Shown: piece by piece, positions 1 to 8,576 of the stretch
Position numbering within the stretch: the first letter of the stretch is position 1
Layout of the letters: each line of letters begins with the position of its first letter
Sequence record: DRR723986_2443
Length of the DNA stretch: 22,109 nucleotides
Strand: one strand, 5' to 3'
The notes under the pieces: model-generated
Seen by the model: the letters and a program-made list of their open reading frames with translations, nothing else
The model's database searches: none
Told to the model about the DNA's origin: nothing
Program-made: the position numbers and the translations under genes

Positions 1-271
1 GAGACCAGCGCATGCCGCCGCCTTTCACCAGAAAACGGTTCTTGCTGCCGTTTGCATTCATCAACCAAATTTCCGAGGACCATTTGTCTTCCATTTGATC
101 GACGCGGGAGCGGACATACAAAATTTGATTGCCGTCTGGCGACAATTGCGCCCCGCTAACCCGTTCCCAGTTCATGTAAATTTCTGGTTTAATTGTGTCA
201 GCAGATGCGGTGAAAAATCCGGCAGATACCAACATCAACGCGGTGCCCACCGCACGTAATATTTGCAACAT
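1..271 (-). CDS. S9-family (dipeptidyl aminopeptidase/acylaminoacyl peptidase-like) exported peptidase, N-terminal part only; runs off the window edge
   Basis: Not in the ORF track; translated by hand from ATG at 271: MLQILRAVGTALMLVSAGFFTASADTIKPEIYMNWERVSGAQLSPDGNQILYVRSRVDQMEDKWSSEIWLMNANGSKNRFLVKGGGMRWS. Signal peptide ending A-S-A; 'QLSPDG' and 'RWS' beta-propeller repeats typical of S9 N-termini; RBS AGGGAGGG at 276-283. The catalytic domain is outside the window. Confidence 0.7.
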   Translation of the reverse strand, partial: MLQILRAVGTALMLVSAGFFTASADTIKPEIYMNWERVSGAQLSPDGNQILYVRSRVDQMEDKWSSEIWLMNANGSKNRFLVKGGGMRWS

Positions 272-378
272 ATAACCCTCCCTTAATTTAGATAAGGCAT
301 TGACTATAGTTTATTTTGGCCGGATTGTCTTGATGATGGTCAAAAAAATTATGCGCTTCACTTGAATAGGGGGTTTCG

Positions 379-2088
379 ATGAAAAAGATTTTAATAGTGG
401 CTCTGGCCGTTCTGGCAATTGTAGGCGGGCTGTATCTTACGAATGAAACTCCGGATACAACGGTTGAATATGACCTTATTGTGAAAAATGGCACTGTTTA
501 TGACGGCAGTGGCGGCGCAGCCCTTGATGCAGACATCGCGGTTTTGGGCGATAAGATTGTTAAGATGGGTGACCTTGGTAATGCAACGGCTAAACAGGTT
601 ATTGATGCGGGCGGTAAAGCAGTGGCACCTGGATTTATTAATGTTCTTAGCTGGGCAACAGAAACCTTGCTTGTTGATGGGCGAGGGCAAAGTGATATCC
701 GCCAAGGTGTAACCACAGAGGTGTTCGGCGAAGGCTGGTCAATGGGACCTTTGAACGCTGAAATGATGCAAACCGCCAAAGAGCAACAAGGCGACCTGAA
801 GTTTGATATAGCCTGGACCAGCCTTGGTGACTATTTGATGCACCTACAGACCAAAGGCGTCTCGCCCAATGTGGCGTCTTTTATGGGCGCAACAACGGCG
901 CGCATTCACGTACTTGGTTATGAAGACCGCAAGGCAACAACATCTGAGATTGAGCGGATGCAAGAGTTGGTGGCGGAAGCCATGGAAGAAGGGGCATTGG
1001 GCATTGGGTCATCGCTTATCTATGCGCCGTCGTCCTATGCTGATACCGCAGAATTAATCGCTTTAATGCAAACCGCATCCAGCTACGGCGGCATGTATAT
1101 TTCTCACATGCGCAGTGAAGGCGATAGGTTTGAAGAAGCGGTTGAGGAGTTGATTACCATTGCCCGTGAAACCAATGCGCCAGCCGAAATATACCACTTG
1201 AAAGCGGCGGGTAAATCAAACTGGCATAAGATGGACAAAGTGATTGCCATGATTGAGGCTGCACGCGCCGAGGGCCTGCAAATTACCGCTGATATGTATA
1301 CCTATACCGCCGGTGCCACCGGCCTTGACGCCATGATGCCACCAAGCGTGCAGGCGGGCGGATATGATGCGTGGGCAGAACGGTTGCAAGACCCGCTTAT
1401 TCGCGAACGATTGATTGCAGAAATTTCCGTTCCGCAGGATGGTTGGGAAAACCTGTATTTGGCGGCTGGCGGTGCAGATGGTTTGCTATTGCTTGGCTTT
1501 AAAAATGAAGAGCTTAAGCCCCTGACCGGCAAAACACTGGCTGAGGTGGCTGCCATGCGCGGCAAAGGGCCAATTGAAACTGCAATGGATTTGGTTGTGG
1601 AAGATGGCAGCAGGGTTGGCACTGCCTATTTCATTATGTCGGAAGATAATATTGTTAAGAAAATTCAACAGCCATGGATGAGCTTTGGCTCAGATGCTGG
1701 CGCCCCGGCGACCGAGCTACCCTTCACACTCAGTGGTAATCACCCTCGTGCTTACGGTAATTTTGCCCGGGTATATGCCAAATATGTGCGCGAAGAGGGT
1801 GTGCTAACGCTGGCAGAAGCTGTGCGCAAAATGACGTCACTACCAGCAGAAAACCTGAAACTGCGGGAACGTGGCAGGTTAAAAGAAGGGTATTTTGCTG
1901 ATATTGTGGTCTTTGACCCAGCAACCATTCAAGATCATTCGGTGTTTGATAACCCGCATCAATATTCAACCGGTGTTAACCATGTGGTTGTCAACGGTGT
2001 TCAAGTACTGAAAGACGGCGAGCATACCGGCGCCACACCGGGTGTTGCCCTGCGTGGCCCCGGCTGGACCGGATGGGAGCAAGAGTAA
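379..2088 (+). CDS. N-acyl-D-amino-acid deacylase (D-aminoacylase) family amidohydrolase with N-terminal signal/anchor
   Basis: YDLIVKNGTVYDGSG, QGVTTEV, SHMRSEG, YHLK, FGSDAG, HPRAYGNFAR, RGRLKEGYFADIVVFD, GEHTGATPG; hydrophobic N-terminus MKKILIVALAVLAIVGGLY; RBS AGGGGG upstream. Confidence 0.9.
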   Translation: MKKILIVALAVLAIVGGLYLTNETPDTTVEYDLIVKNGTVYDGSGGAALDADIAVLGDKIVKMGDLGNATAKQVIDAGGKAVAPGFINVLSWATETLLVDGRGQSDIRQGVTTEVFGEGWSMGPLNAEMMQTAKEQQGDLKFDIAWTSLGDYLMHLQTKGVSPNVASFMGATTARIHVLGYEDRKATTSEIERMQELVAEAMEEGALGIGSSLIYAPSSYADTAELIALMQTASSYGGMYISHMRSEGDRFEEAVEELITIARETNAPAEIYHLKAAGKSNWHKMDKVIAMIEAARAEGLQITADMYTYTAGATGLDAMMPPSVQAGGYDAWAERLQDPLIRERLIAEISVPQDGWENLYLAAGGADGLLLLGFKNEELKPLTGKTLAEVAAMRGKGPIETAMDLVVEDGSRVGTAYFIMSEDNIVKKIQQPWMSFGSDAGAPATELPFTLSGNHPRAYGNFARVYAKYVREEGVLTLAEAVRKMTSLPAENLKLRERGRLKEGYFADIVVFDPATIQDHSVFDNPHQYSTGVNHVVVNGVQVLKDGEHTGATPGVALRGPGWTGWEQE

Positions 2089-2104
2089 GATAGTAAAATA
2101 CAGT

Positions 2105-3016
2105 TTATTCCGGTAGCGGGATAAACTCGTCGTCGCCGGGTACAGGGGAGAACCCACCGTTTTTCCAGCGCTGTTTGGCTTCGTCAATTTTAGCAATGTC
2201 GGTGTGGGCGAAATTCCAGAACAGGCGGCGTGGCTTTTTGAGCTTGTCACCGCCAATAAGGGCGATATGAGCGCCGCCGGGTGATGTAACCGGCACTTCT
2301 TCACCTTCACGCAGTATGACCATCGTCGCTTCGCCGAAGTTTTCTTCACCCAATGACACCGAGCCTTTAATAACATAGATGGCGCGTTCCTCATGCTGGG
2401 CAGGAATATCCAGCGAAGCACCGGCATTCATTTGAATGTCGGCATAGAGGGTGCGCGAATAAACTGCCACGGGCGACTGTGCGCCAAATGCGTCACCGGC
2501 AACCACGGTGATTTTGCAGCCACCAATTGCTACGCTTTTTAAGCTATCAGCACTGTAATGCTGGAACGACGGGTCAATTTCCTGTTTGTCTTCCGGCAGC
2601 GCCATCCAAACCTGCAGGCCGAGCAAGGCATGGCCGCGCGCCCGCACATCGTCTGGTGTGCGCTCGGAATGGACAATACCGTTCCCGGCTGTCATCCAGT
2701 TTACTTCACCGGGCCGGATCGGTTGTGCGTAACCAAGACTGTCCCGGTGCATAATTTCGCCGTCGATCAACCATGTGAGCGTGGCAAGCCCAATGTGCGG
2801 GTGGGGCCTTACATCAATGCCTTCGCCTTCACCAAAAACTGCGGGGCCCATCTGGTCGAAGAAAATAAACGGCCCAACGGTACGGGCCTCTAACGACGGC
2901 AAGGCGCGCCGCACTTCAAAACCACCAATGTCTTTGGCCTTGGGCCGTATGACCGTTTTGATGCCTGAACAGTTTTTGTTTTCGCATTGGGCGTCGTTGG
3001 TTTCTTGCCAGCTCAT
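2105..3016 (-). CDS. Pirin family (bicupin) protein
   Basis: GGFEVRRALP, VGPFIFFDQMGP, Fe ligands in RPHPHIGLAT and GIVHSERT, GLQVWMALP, C-terminal EFIPLPE; RBS GGAG upstream. Confidence 0.95.
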   Translation of the reverse strand: MSWQETNDAQCENKNCSGIKTVIRPKAKDIGGFEVRRALPSLEARTVGPFIFFDQMGPAVFGEGEGIDVRPHPHIGLATLTWLIDGEIMHRDSLGYAQPIRPGEVNWMTAGNGIVHSERTPDDVRARGHALLGLQVWMALPEDKQEIDPSFQHYSADSLKSVAIGGCKITVVAGDAFGAQSPVAVYSRTLYADIQMNAGASLDIPAQHEERAIYVIKGSVSLGEENFGEATMVILREGEEVPVTSPGGAHIALIGGDKLKKPRRLFWNFAHTDIAKIDEAKQRWKNGGFSPVPGDDEFIPLPE

Positions 3017-3153
3017 ATCGTGTCTCCAGGCTAATGTGGTAAAGCGCTAGGCACTATCATCACAAATTAATGACAGACAGCCAAGCCGCTCTATATAGTG
3101 TATAACTAAAGTAATGCCGATGGCCACGCACAAAGCATATTGGGAGCACAGAC

Positions 3154-3618
3154 ATGGAATTTTTACTGAATGTCAACGGTGAGGCACGCACAGTTGATGT
3201 CGAACCGGACACACCTTTGTTGTGGGTGCTGCGCGACGAACTTGGCTTCAAGGGCGTGAAGTTTGGTTGCGGTGTTGCGGCCTGCGGGGCCTGCACAGTG
3301 CATATGGACGGTGCTGCCACGCGCACTTGCGTGTTGCCGGTTGAGGCCGCGACAGACACACAAATCACTACCATTGAAGGCCTAGCGAAAGATGGTGTGC
3401 TCACAGATGTGCAGCAGGCATGGATTGATGCACAGGTCCCGCAGTGTGGTTACTGTCAGTCTGGCATGATTATGGCGGTGAGTGCTTTGCTGGACGAAAT
3501 GCCGAACCCTACAGACGAAGATGTTGAAACGGCTATCACCAATGTGTGCCGCTGCGGCAGCTATCCGCGCATTAAAAAGGCTATCAAAGCCGTGATCGCC
3601 AGCGAGGGAGCAGCATAA
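3154..3618 (+). CDS. (2Fe-2S)-binding small subunit of a xanthine-dehydrogenase-family aldehyde oxidoreductase (IorA-like)
   Basis: [27 protein letters not shown]...C and QCGYCQSG...CRCGSY (two 2Fe-2S clusters); RBS GGGAG; stop overlaps the next start (TAATG). Confidence 0.93.
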   Translation: MEFLLNVNGEARTVDVEPDTPLLWVLRDELGFKGVKFGCGVAACGACTVHMDGAATRTCVLPVEAATDTQITTIEGLAKDGVLTDVQQAWIDAQVPQCGYCQSGMIMAVSALLDEMPNPTDEDVETAITNVCRCGSYPRIKKAIKAVIASEGAA

Positions 3619-5837
3619 TGAGTAAAGATAACGCTGCGCCTAAAAAGAAATTAACCCGGCGTAAGTTCTTGCTAGGTACGGGCGCCGTTGTCGGTGGTGG
3701 TTTGGTACTGGGCTATATGGCGATGCCAAACCAAAATGCCGATATTGCCCGACGTGACAAAGGCAATGGCCGTATTCTGTCTGGCTGGATACGCATAACC
3801 CCCGACAATAAAATTTCGGTTATAGTGCCACATGCTGAAATGGGGCAGGGAACGCACACCGCCCTGCCTATGATGGCGGCAGATGAACTGGATGCTGACT
3901 GGAGCCTGGTTTCGATGGAACAAGCACCCGGCATACCAGACTTTGCCAACCAACCTCTGGCTGAGGGCTTCATTGTCGGTGATAAGTTGCCCGATATACT
4001 CGCGCCGTTGATCAATAAAAGCTTCTACTCCATCGCCAAAGCAATGGACTTGCAGATAACCGGTGGGTCTACATCCGTGCGTTTCACCGGCCATTACGGT
4101 ATGCGGGTTGCGGGTGCGGCTGCGCGCGAAATGCTGATGAAAGCAGCGGCGGACCAATGGTCTGTCTCGCTCAGCGAACTGAACACCGAAAAAAGCTTCG
4201 TTCACCACAAAGCCAGTGGTCGCTCGGCCAGTTACGGCTCACTCGCCCAGGCCGCCAGCGAATTTGTCCCCAATGCAACGCCAAAATTAAAGGCGAAGGC
4301 GGAGCATACCATTGTGGGTACGCGTATTCAGCGCTTTGACATCCCGTCAAAAGTGGATGGTAGCGCCAAATACGGCATCGACGCCGAAGTAGACGGCATG
4401 CTGTATGCTGCCATCGCCCGGGTGCCGGTGCACGGCGGGGCGGTCACATCAGTTGATGATGCCGCCGCCTTGGCAATGCCCGGTGTTAAAAAAGTATGTA
4501 ATCTGGGCTATGCGGTTGCTGTTGTTGCCGACAAATATTGGCGTGCAAAAACCGCGCTTGATGCTGTTGGCATTGAATTTGACGGTTTGGGCAACGAGGG
4601 GCTTGATACCGACAAGATTTTCGCGAAATTCGCCTCTGATCTGACCACGATGGACCTTGAGTTTGACATCGACGAAGGCGATGTTGATGCTGCAACAGGC
4701 ACTACTGTCGTGGAGGCGGATTATGCCGTGCCGTATTTGGCCCATGCCTGTATGGAGCCAATGAATTGCACCGCGTGGGTGCGCGACGGGCAGTGCGATA
4801 TTTGGACCGGTACCCAGGCCGCGCTTATGGCTCGCTCAGCGGCTGCAACCGCGGCGGGGTGTGACCCTGATAAAGTAACCGTGCATAATTTCATGCTTGG
4901 CGGTGGCTTCGGTCGGCGTATTCATTCCGAGAATGATTATATTCGACCTGCCGTTGAAATCTCCAAAATGGTTGGTGCGCCGGTGAAAACCATATGGTCG
5001 CGCGAGGAAGACATGCGGTTTGACGAATATCGCCCTGCCATGGTCAGCCAGTTTAAGGCTGTGCTTGATGACAATGGCAAACCAGTGGCATGGCGCAACC
5101 GTTATTCGGACAAGCGCGAACCTGTTGAAGCGCCTCTAATCCCATATGCGGTTGAAAATCAGTCCATCGGTTATGTGGTCAGTCAAAGCCATTTGAAGTT
5201 GGGCCCGTGGCGCAGTGTGGACCATTCTCAGCATGCTTTCTTTACGGAAAGTTTTGTTGACGAATTGGCACATGCCGCAGAGGCAGACCCGCTAGAGTAC
5301 CGTTTGTCTATGCTAACGGACAAGCCCCGTGTTGCTCATGTGCTGAAAACGGCGGCTGATAAAGCCGGTTGGTATGCTGGCGTGCGCGACGGCAAGGCAA
5401 TGGGGGTCGCTGTGCATGAGAGCTTTGGGTCGATCGTTGCCCATGTGGCTGAGCTGTCAGTAGGCGGTGACGGTACGGTGCAGGTGCACCGCGTCACCAG
5501 CGCAGTTGATTGCGGCGAGGCGATTAACCCCGACACCATTGAAGCACAAATCGAAAGTGCGATCATTTACGGTATGACGGCGGCCTGTTACGGCGAAATT
5601 ACCGTTGAAAATGGTCAGGTAGTTGAAGGTAACTTCCCAGAATATGAGATGGTGCGCCTGGCTGAAGTACCCGAAATTGACGTGCATATCATCGAGTCAG
5701 GTGCGCCGCTTGGCGGTTTGGGCGAACCAGGTTTGCCGCCGATTGCGCCTGCCATGACTAATGCGCTCTTCACGCTTACCGGTACCCGGGTACGCAAACT
5801 ACCACTGAAAAACTATGAGTTTTCCGCTAGGGCTTGA
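3618..5837 (+). CDS. Molybdopterin-binding large subunit, isoquinoline 1-oxidoreductase beta / aldehyde oxidoreductase type (IorB-like), Tat-exported
   Basis: Twin-arginine signal LTRRKFLLG; AEMGQG, TGGSTS, HACMEPMNC, LGGGFGRR, WSREEDM, GPWRSV, GGLGEPG; translationally coupled to the 2Fe-2S subunit. Confidence 0.92.
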   Translation: MSKDNAAPKKKLTRRKFLLGTGAVVGGGLVLGYMAMPNQNADIARRDKGNGRILSGWIRITPDNKISVIVPHAEMGQGTHTALPMMAADELDADWSLVSMEQAPGIPDFANQPLAEGFIVGDKLPDILAPLINKSFYSIAKAMDLQITGGSTSVRFTGHYGMRVAGAAAREMLMKAAADQWSVSLSELNTEKSFVHHKASGRSASYGSLAQAASEFVPNATPKLKAKAEHTIVGTRIQRFDIPSKVDGSAKYGIDAEVDGMLYAAIARVPVHGGAVTSVDDAAALAMPGVKKVCNLGYAVAVVADKYWRAKTALDAVGIEFDGLGNEGLDTDKIFAKFASDLTTMDLEFDIDEGDVDAATGTTVVEADYAVPYLAHACMEPMNCTAWVRDGQCDIWTGTQAALMARSAAATAAGCDPDKVTVHNFMLGGGFGRRIHSENDYIRPAVEISKMVGAPVKTIWSREEDMRFDEYRPAMVSQFKAVLDDNGKPVAWRNRYSDKREPVEAPLIPYAVENQSIGYVVSQSHLKLGPWRSVDHSQHAFFTESFVDELAHAAEADPLEYRLSMLTDKPRVAHVLKTAADKAGWYAGVRDGKAMGVAVHESFGSIVAHVAELSVGGDGTVQVHRVTSAVDCGEAINPDTIEAQIESAIIYGMTAACYGEITVENGQVVEGNFPEYEMVRLAEVPEIDVHIIESGAPLGGLGEPGLPPIAPAMTNALFTLTGTRVRKLPLKNYEFSARA

Positions 5838-5842
5838 GCAGG

Positions 5843-6820
5843 TTAAGCGGCAGATGCTTTTTCAGCGAGTGACGCCAGAATACGGCGGGTGCCTTCAAAT
5901 GGGCGCCTGCCATGCATTACTCTGAAGTTGTCGACCAGAACCAAATCGCCAGCCTGCCATGGCATGTCGAACGTGACCTCGTCCGCCAGTTCGCATACTT
6001 GCTGCATATCGTGTTCAGAAATGGGGCTGCCGTCCCCAAAATGAATGGCCTTGGCTCCGTTTTTCCACCCCAGGAAAGCAGCGATTAACTGATTGAAAAA
6101 CACCTCAGTTCCGTCCTCCAATGTTTTCACCGCATCGAGGGCGGCGGTTTGTACTTCCAGCGTGCCGTCATTGTGCCACACCCAGCTGTAACCCAAACGC
6201 GAAAGCTTGGTTTCAGCGTCTTCTGAGGTTTCCACATCTAATGTGCTGCTCCAGCTGCGCCCTTGGCCAGAGGCTGAATCGTCTGCGCTCGGCATATAGT
6301 TAGTATATTTGACGCCAAGCTTTCTGCACTTAGCTGCAAATGCTGGCAGTTTTTTGTCTATTGCCTTCAACAAAATATCTGAGCGGCACAGGGGTGTTTC
6401 CCCATGTTTTTGCGCGGCCTTTTCACAGAAAAAGAAAAGTTTGGACGGAAACACGGGTGTTTGTGCCATCTCGTGGTGCATATAAATGCTTACATTGGCC
6501 GGTGCCTCATTAGCTGTAAAAACTCGGTCTGTCACTGTTACCCGTACGGCATTTGATAGCGATTCTTCATAGGTAAAAATAGGCAAGTCTAGCACTGCTA
6601 TAAATCCATCGAAGTCTTGCGCAGTGACCAGCGGAAAACCCCGAAACAAAATGGCACCATCTTTTGCCAATTGGCTCAAAATGGCCTGTTTGTTGTTTTT
6701 AACCCACGCAAACACTTCTTGTTTACAAGCAGTGGTGTTACCGGAATATACGGCTGGAAACGGCCCCGTAGGTAGCTGTTGTTGTATGGGCAGGTTGATT
6801 GTTCGGGCGGAGAAGGTCAT
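5843..6820 (-). CDS. Fe(II)/2-oxoglutarate dioxygenase, TauD/TfdA (clavaminate-synthase-like) family; probable sulfoquinovose dioxygenase SqoD-like
   Basis: GAILFRGF, RVFTANEAP, H115-x-E117 in MHHEMAQ, FPSKLFFFCE, GETP, WQAGDLVLVDN, MHGRRPF, RRILASL. The family call is secure; the SQ specificity is inferred from operon context with the GH188-like gene. Confidence 0.85.
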   Translation of the reverse strand: MTFSARTINLPIQQQLPTGPFPAVYSGNTTACKQEVFAWVKNNKQAILSQLAKDGAILFRGFPLVTAQDFDGFIAVLDLPIFTYEESLSNAVRVTVTDRVFTANEAPANVSIYMHHEMAQTPVFPSKLFFFCEKAAQKHGETPLCRSDILLKAIDKKLPAFAAKCRKLGVKYTNYMPSADDSASGQGRSWSSTLDVETSEDAETKLSRLGYSWVWHNDGTLEVQTAALDAVKTLEDGTEVFFNQLIAAFLGWKNGAKAIHFGDGSPISEHDMQQVCELADEVTFDMPWQAGDLVLVDNFRVMHGRRPFEGTRRILASLAEKASAA

Positions 6821-6828
6821 GGAGTTTC

Positions 6829-8571
6829 CTAATGGGGGTGGTAGTCTTTTGAAAGCTTTGCTTTGAGGCTTTTCTGATATTTGTTTTGCCAGTGCGATAG
6901 CGCGCGCCGTGTCGCTATCAAGGTGATGAGGGCCAAGCTAGCTATGGCAATCCAGAAGTCAGCGCCGATGCCGCCAACCACGCCAATGGGTGAGAAAATG
7001 ATATATTGTGCCGCAATTGCCGCCACCAGAATGATGGCTACCGGCACCGAATATTTCCAAGGCGTCATATCAACGGCGGGTGCAGTTTTGTCTTTGGCGG
7101 GTGCGTCTAGTGGCCGCCAATAGCCAACAGCCAGCATGATAGATACTTCGATGGTAAACAATATCGCATAGATATGGATGAAGTTGATATCCACCACCCA
7201 AATGAATTTCAGTGTACCGTATGCGACCACGTGAAAGACAATGGCAATTTTAGCACCCAGTGCTGGCACGCGGTGGGCGAACAAGCCGATGATAACGACC
7301 GCAATAATCGGTATGTTATAGAAGCCAGTGAAAATACGGATGATTTGCCATAACCCCTCGGGTGCGCGGGCGAGTAGGGGGGCCACCACAAAAGATAACA
7401 GGGCGATGACAATACTGGCGATTTTTGCGATGCGGATCAGTTTTTCATCACTGATTTTTGACTTTGCCAGCGGTGCATAAACATCCAGCGTAAACAAGGT
7501 GGCAGCACTGTTTAAGAGCGAGTTGAACGAGCTGAAAACCGCTCCCAGTAACACTGCGAGGAAAAACCCGGACAAATATACTGGCATCACATCAGCAACC
7601 AGTTGCGGATATGCCAGATCAATGGTGGCGAGGCCGGGGCCATATAAATGGAAGGCAATGACGCCGGGAATGAGCATCAGGATGGGTACAAACAGTTTGA
7701 AGAAGCCTGTCAGCATGACGCCCTTTTGGCCCTCTGCCAATGATTTGGCCCCTAGTGTGCGCTGAATCACATATTGATTGGTGCCCCAGTAAAATAGGTT
7801 GGCGAAAATCATCCCGGTAAACAGGGTACCAAACGGCGTTGGGTCACTGTCGCTGCCCACTGCGTTTAGCTTGTGGGTGTTTTCGGTCATCAGTGTTGAA
7901 ACACCGGCAAAGAACTGACCATCGCCCAATGCTATCAACCCGAAATAGGGCACCAGCAACCCAATAACCAAAAGGCCGATGCCGTTGATGGTGTCAGAAA
8001 CAGCGACAGCCCTCAGGCCGCCAAATACGGCGTAAATGGAACCGATAACGCCGATGCCAACAATGGTGACCACAAGGCTTTCGGTGAACGACATGCCGGT
8101 AAGGGCAGGCACATCAAACAGCCGCAAAACTGCGAGCGACCCTGAATATAAAACCGATGGAATGGTAATAAGACCGTAGCCAAGCAGGAACAGTACAACT
8201 GTCATGCGTCGTACATCATCATCGAAGCGGTTTTTGAGAAACTCGGGTAATGTGGTGAAAGCCCCCGCAAGGTAACGGGGCAGAAACACCAATGCCATAA
8301 TGATGATGGCGAAACCGGCAGTTACCTCCCATGCCATGCTAGACATGTTGAAGCCGTAGGCGGAACCATTGAGGCCGATGAGTTGCTCGGCAGATAGGTT
8401 GGTCAGCAGCATAGAGCCAGCGATAAAAACCCCGGTGAGGCCGCGTCCCGCCAAAAAATAGCCTTCTGCCGTGTCAACAGTGCCCTTGGTTTTCTGGTAT
8501 GAAATCCATGCCACAAGCGCCATGAGAAGCGCAGCGCTGGCGACTGTGAATATCAGGTTGGCATCAGACAC
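6829..8571 (-). CDS. Solute:sodium symporter (SSS) family transporter, YidK-like
   Basis: GYFLAGRGL, SMLLTNLSAEQLIGLNG, FGGLRAVAVSD, FYWGTNQYVIQRTLGAKSLAEGQKG, FSSFNSLLNSAATLFTLDVY; many hydrophobic helices; GTG start with RBS overlapping the upstream gene's end. Confidence 0.93.
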   Translation of the reverse strand: MSDANLIFTVASAALLMALVAWISYQKTKGTVDTAEGYFLAGRGLTGVFIAGSMLLTNLSAEQLIGLNGSAYGFNMSSMAWEVTAGFAIIIMALVFLPRYLAGAFTTLPEFLKNRFDDDVRRMTVVLFLLGYGLITIPSVLYSGSLAVLRLFDVPALTGMSFTESLVVTIVGIGVIGSIYAVFGGLRAVAVSDTINGIGLLVIGLLVPYFGLIALGDGQFFAGVSTLMTENTHKLNAVGSDSDPTPFGTLFTGMIFANLFYWGTNQYVIQRTLGAKSLAEGQKGVMLTGFFKLFVPILMLIPGVIAFHLYGPGLATIDLAYPQLVADVMPVYLSGFFLAVLLGAVFSSFNSLLNSAATLFTLDVYAPLAKSKISDEKLIRIAKIASIVIALLSFVVAPLLARAPEGLWQIIRIFTGFYNIPIIAVVIIGLFAHRVPALGAKIAIVFHVVAYGTLKFIWVVDINFIHIYAILFTIEVSIMLAVGYWRPLDAPAKDKTAPAVDMTPWKYSVPVAIILVAAIAAQYIIFSPIGVVGGIGADFWIAIASLALITLIATRRALSHWQNKYQKSLKAKLSKDYHPH

Positions 8572-8576
8572 GCTGG

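Noticed and set aside
3058-3077. TCAT-N9-ATGA inverted repeat between pirin and iorA as a LysR-type site
   Set aside because: Only 4-bp arms in AT-rich DNA and no LysR gene in the window; not distinguishable from chance
5843-6820. Taurine dioxygenase (tauD) or NRPS-tailoring SyrP call
   Set aside because: Has H-x-E, not the WHxD of TauD; no tauABC and no NRPS in the window
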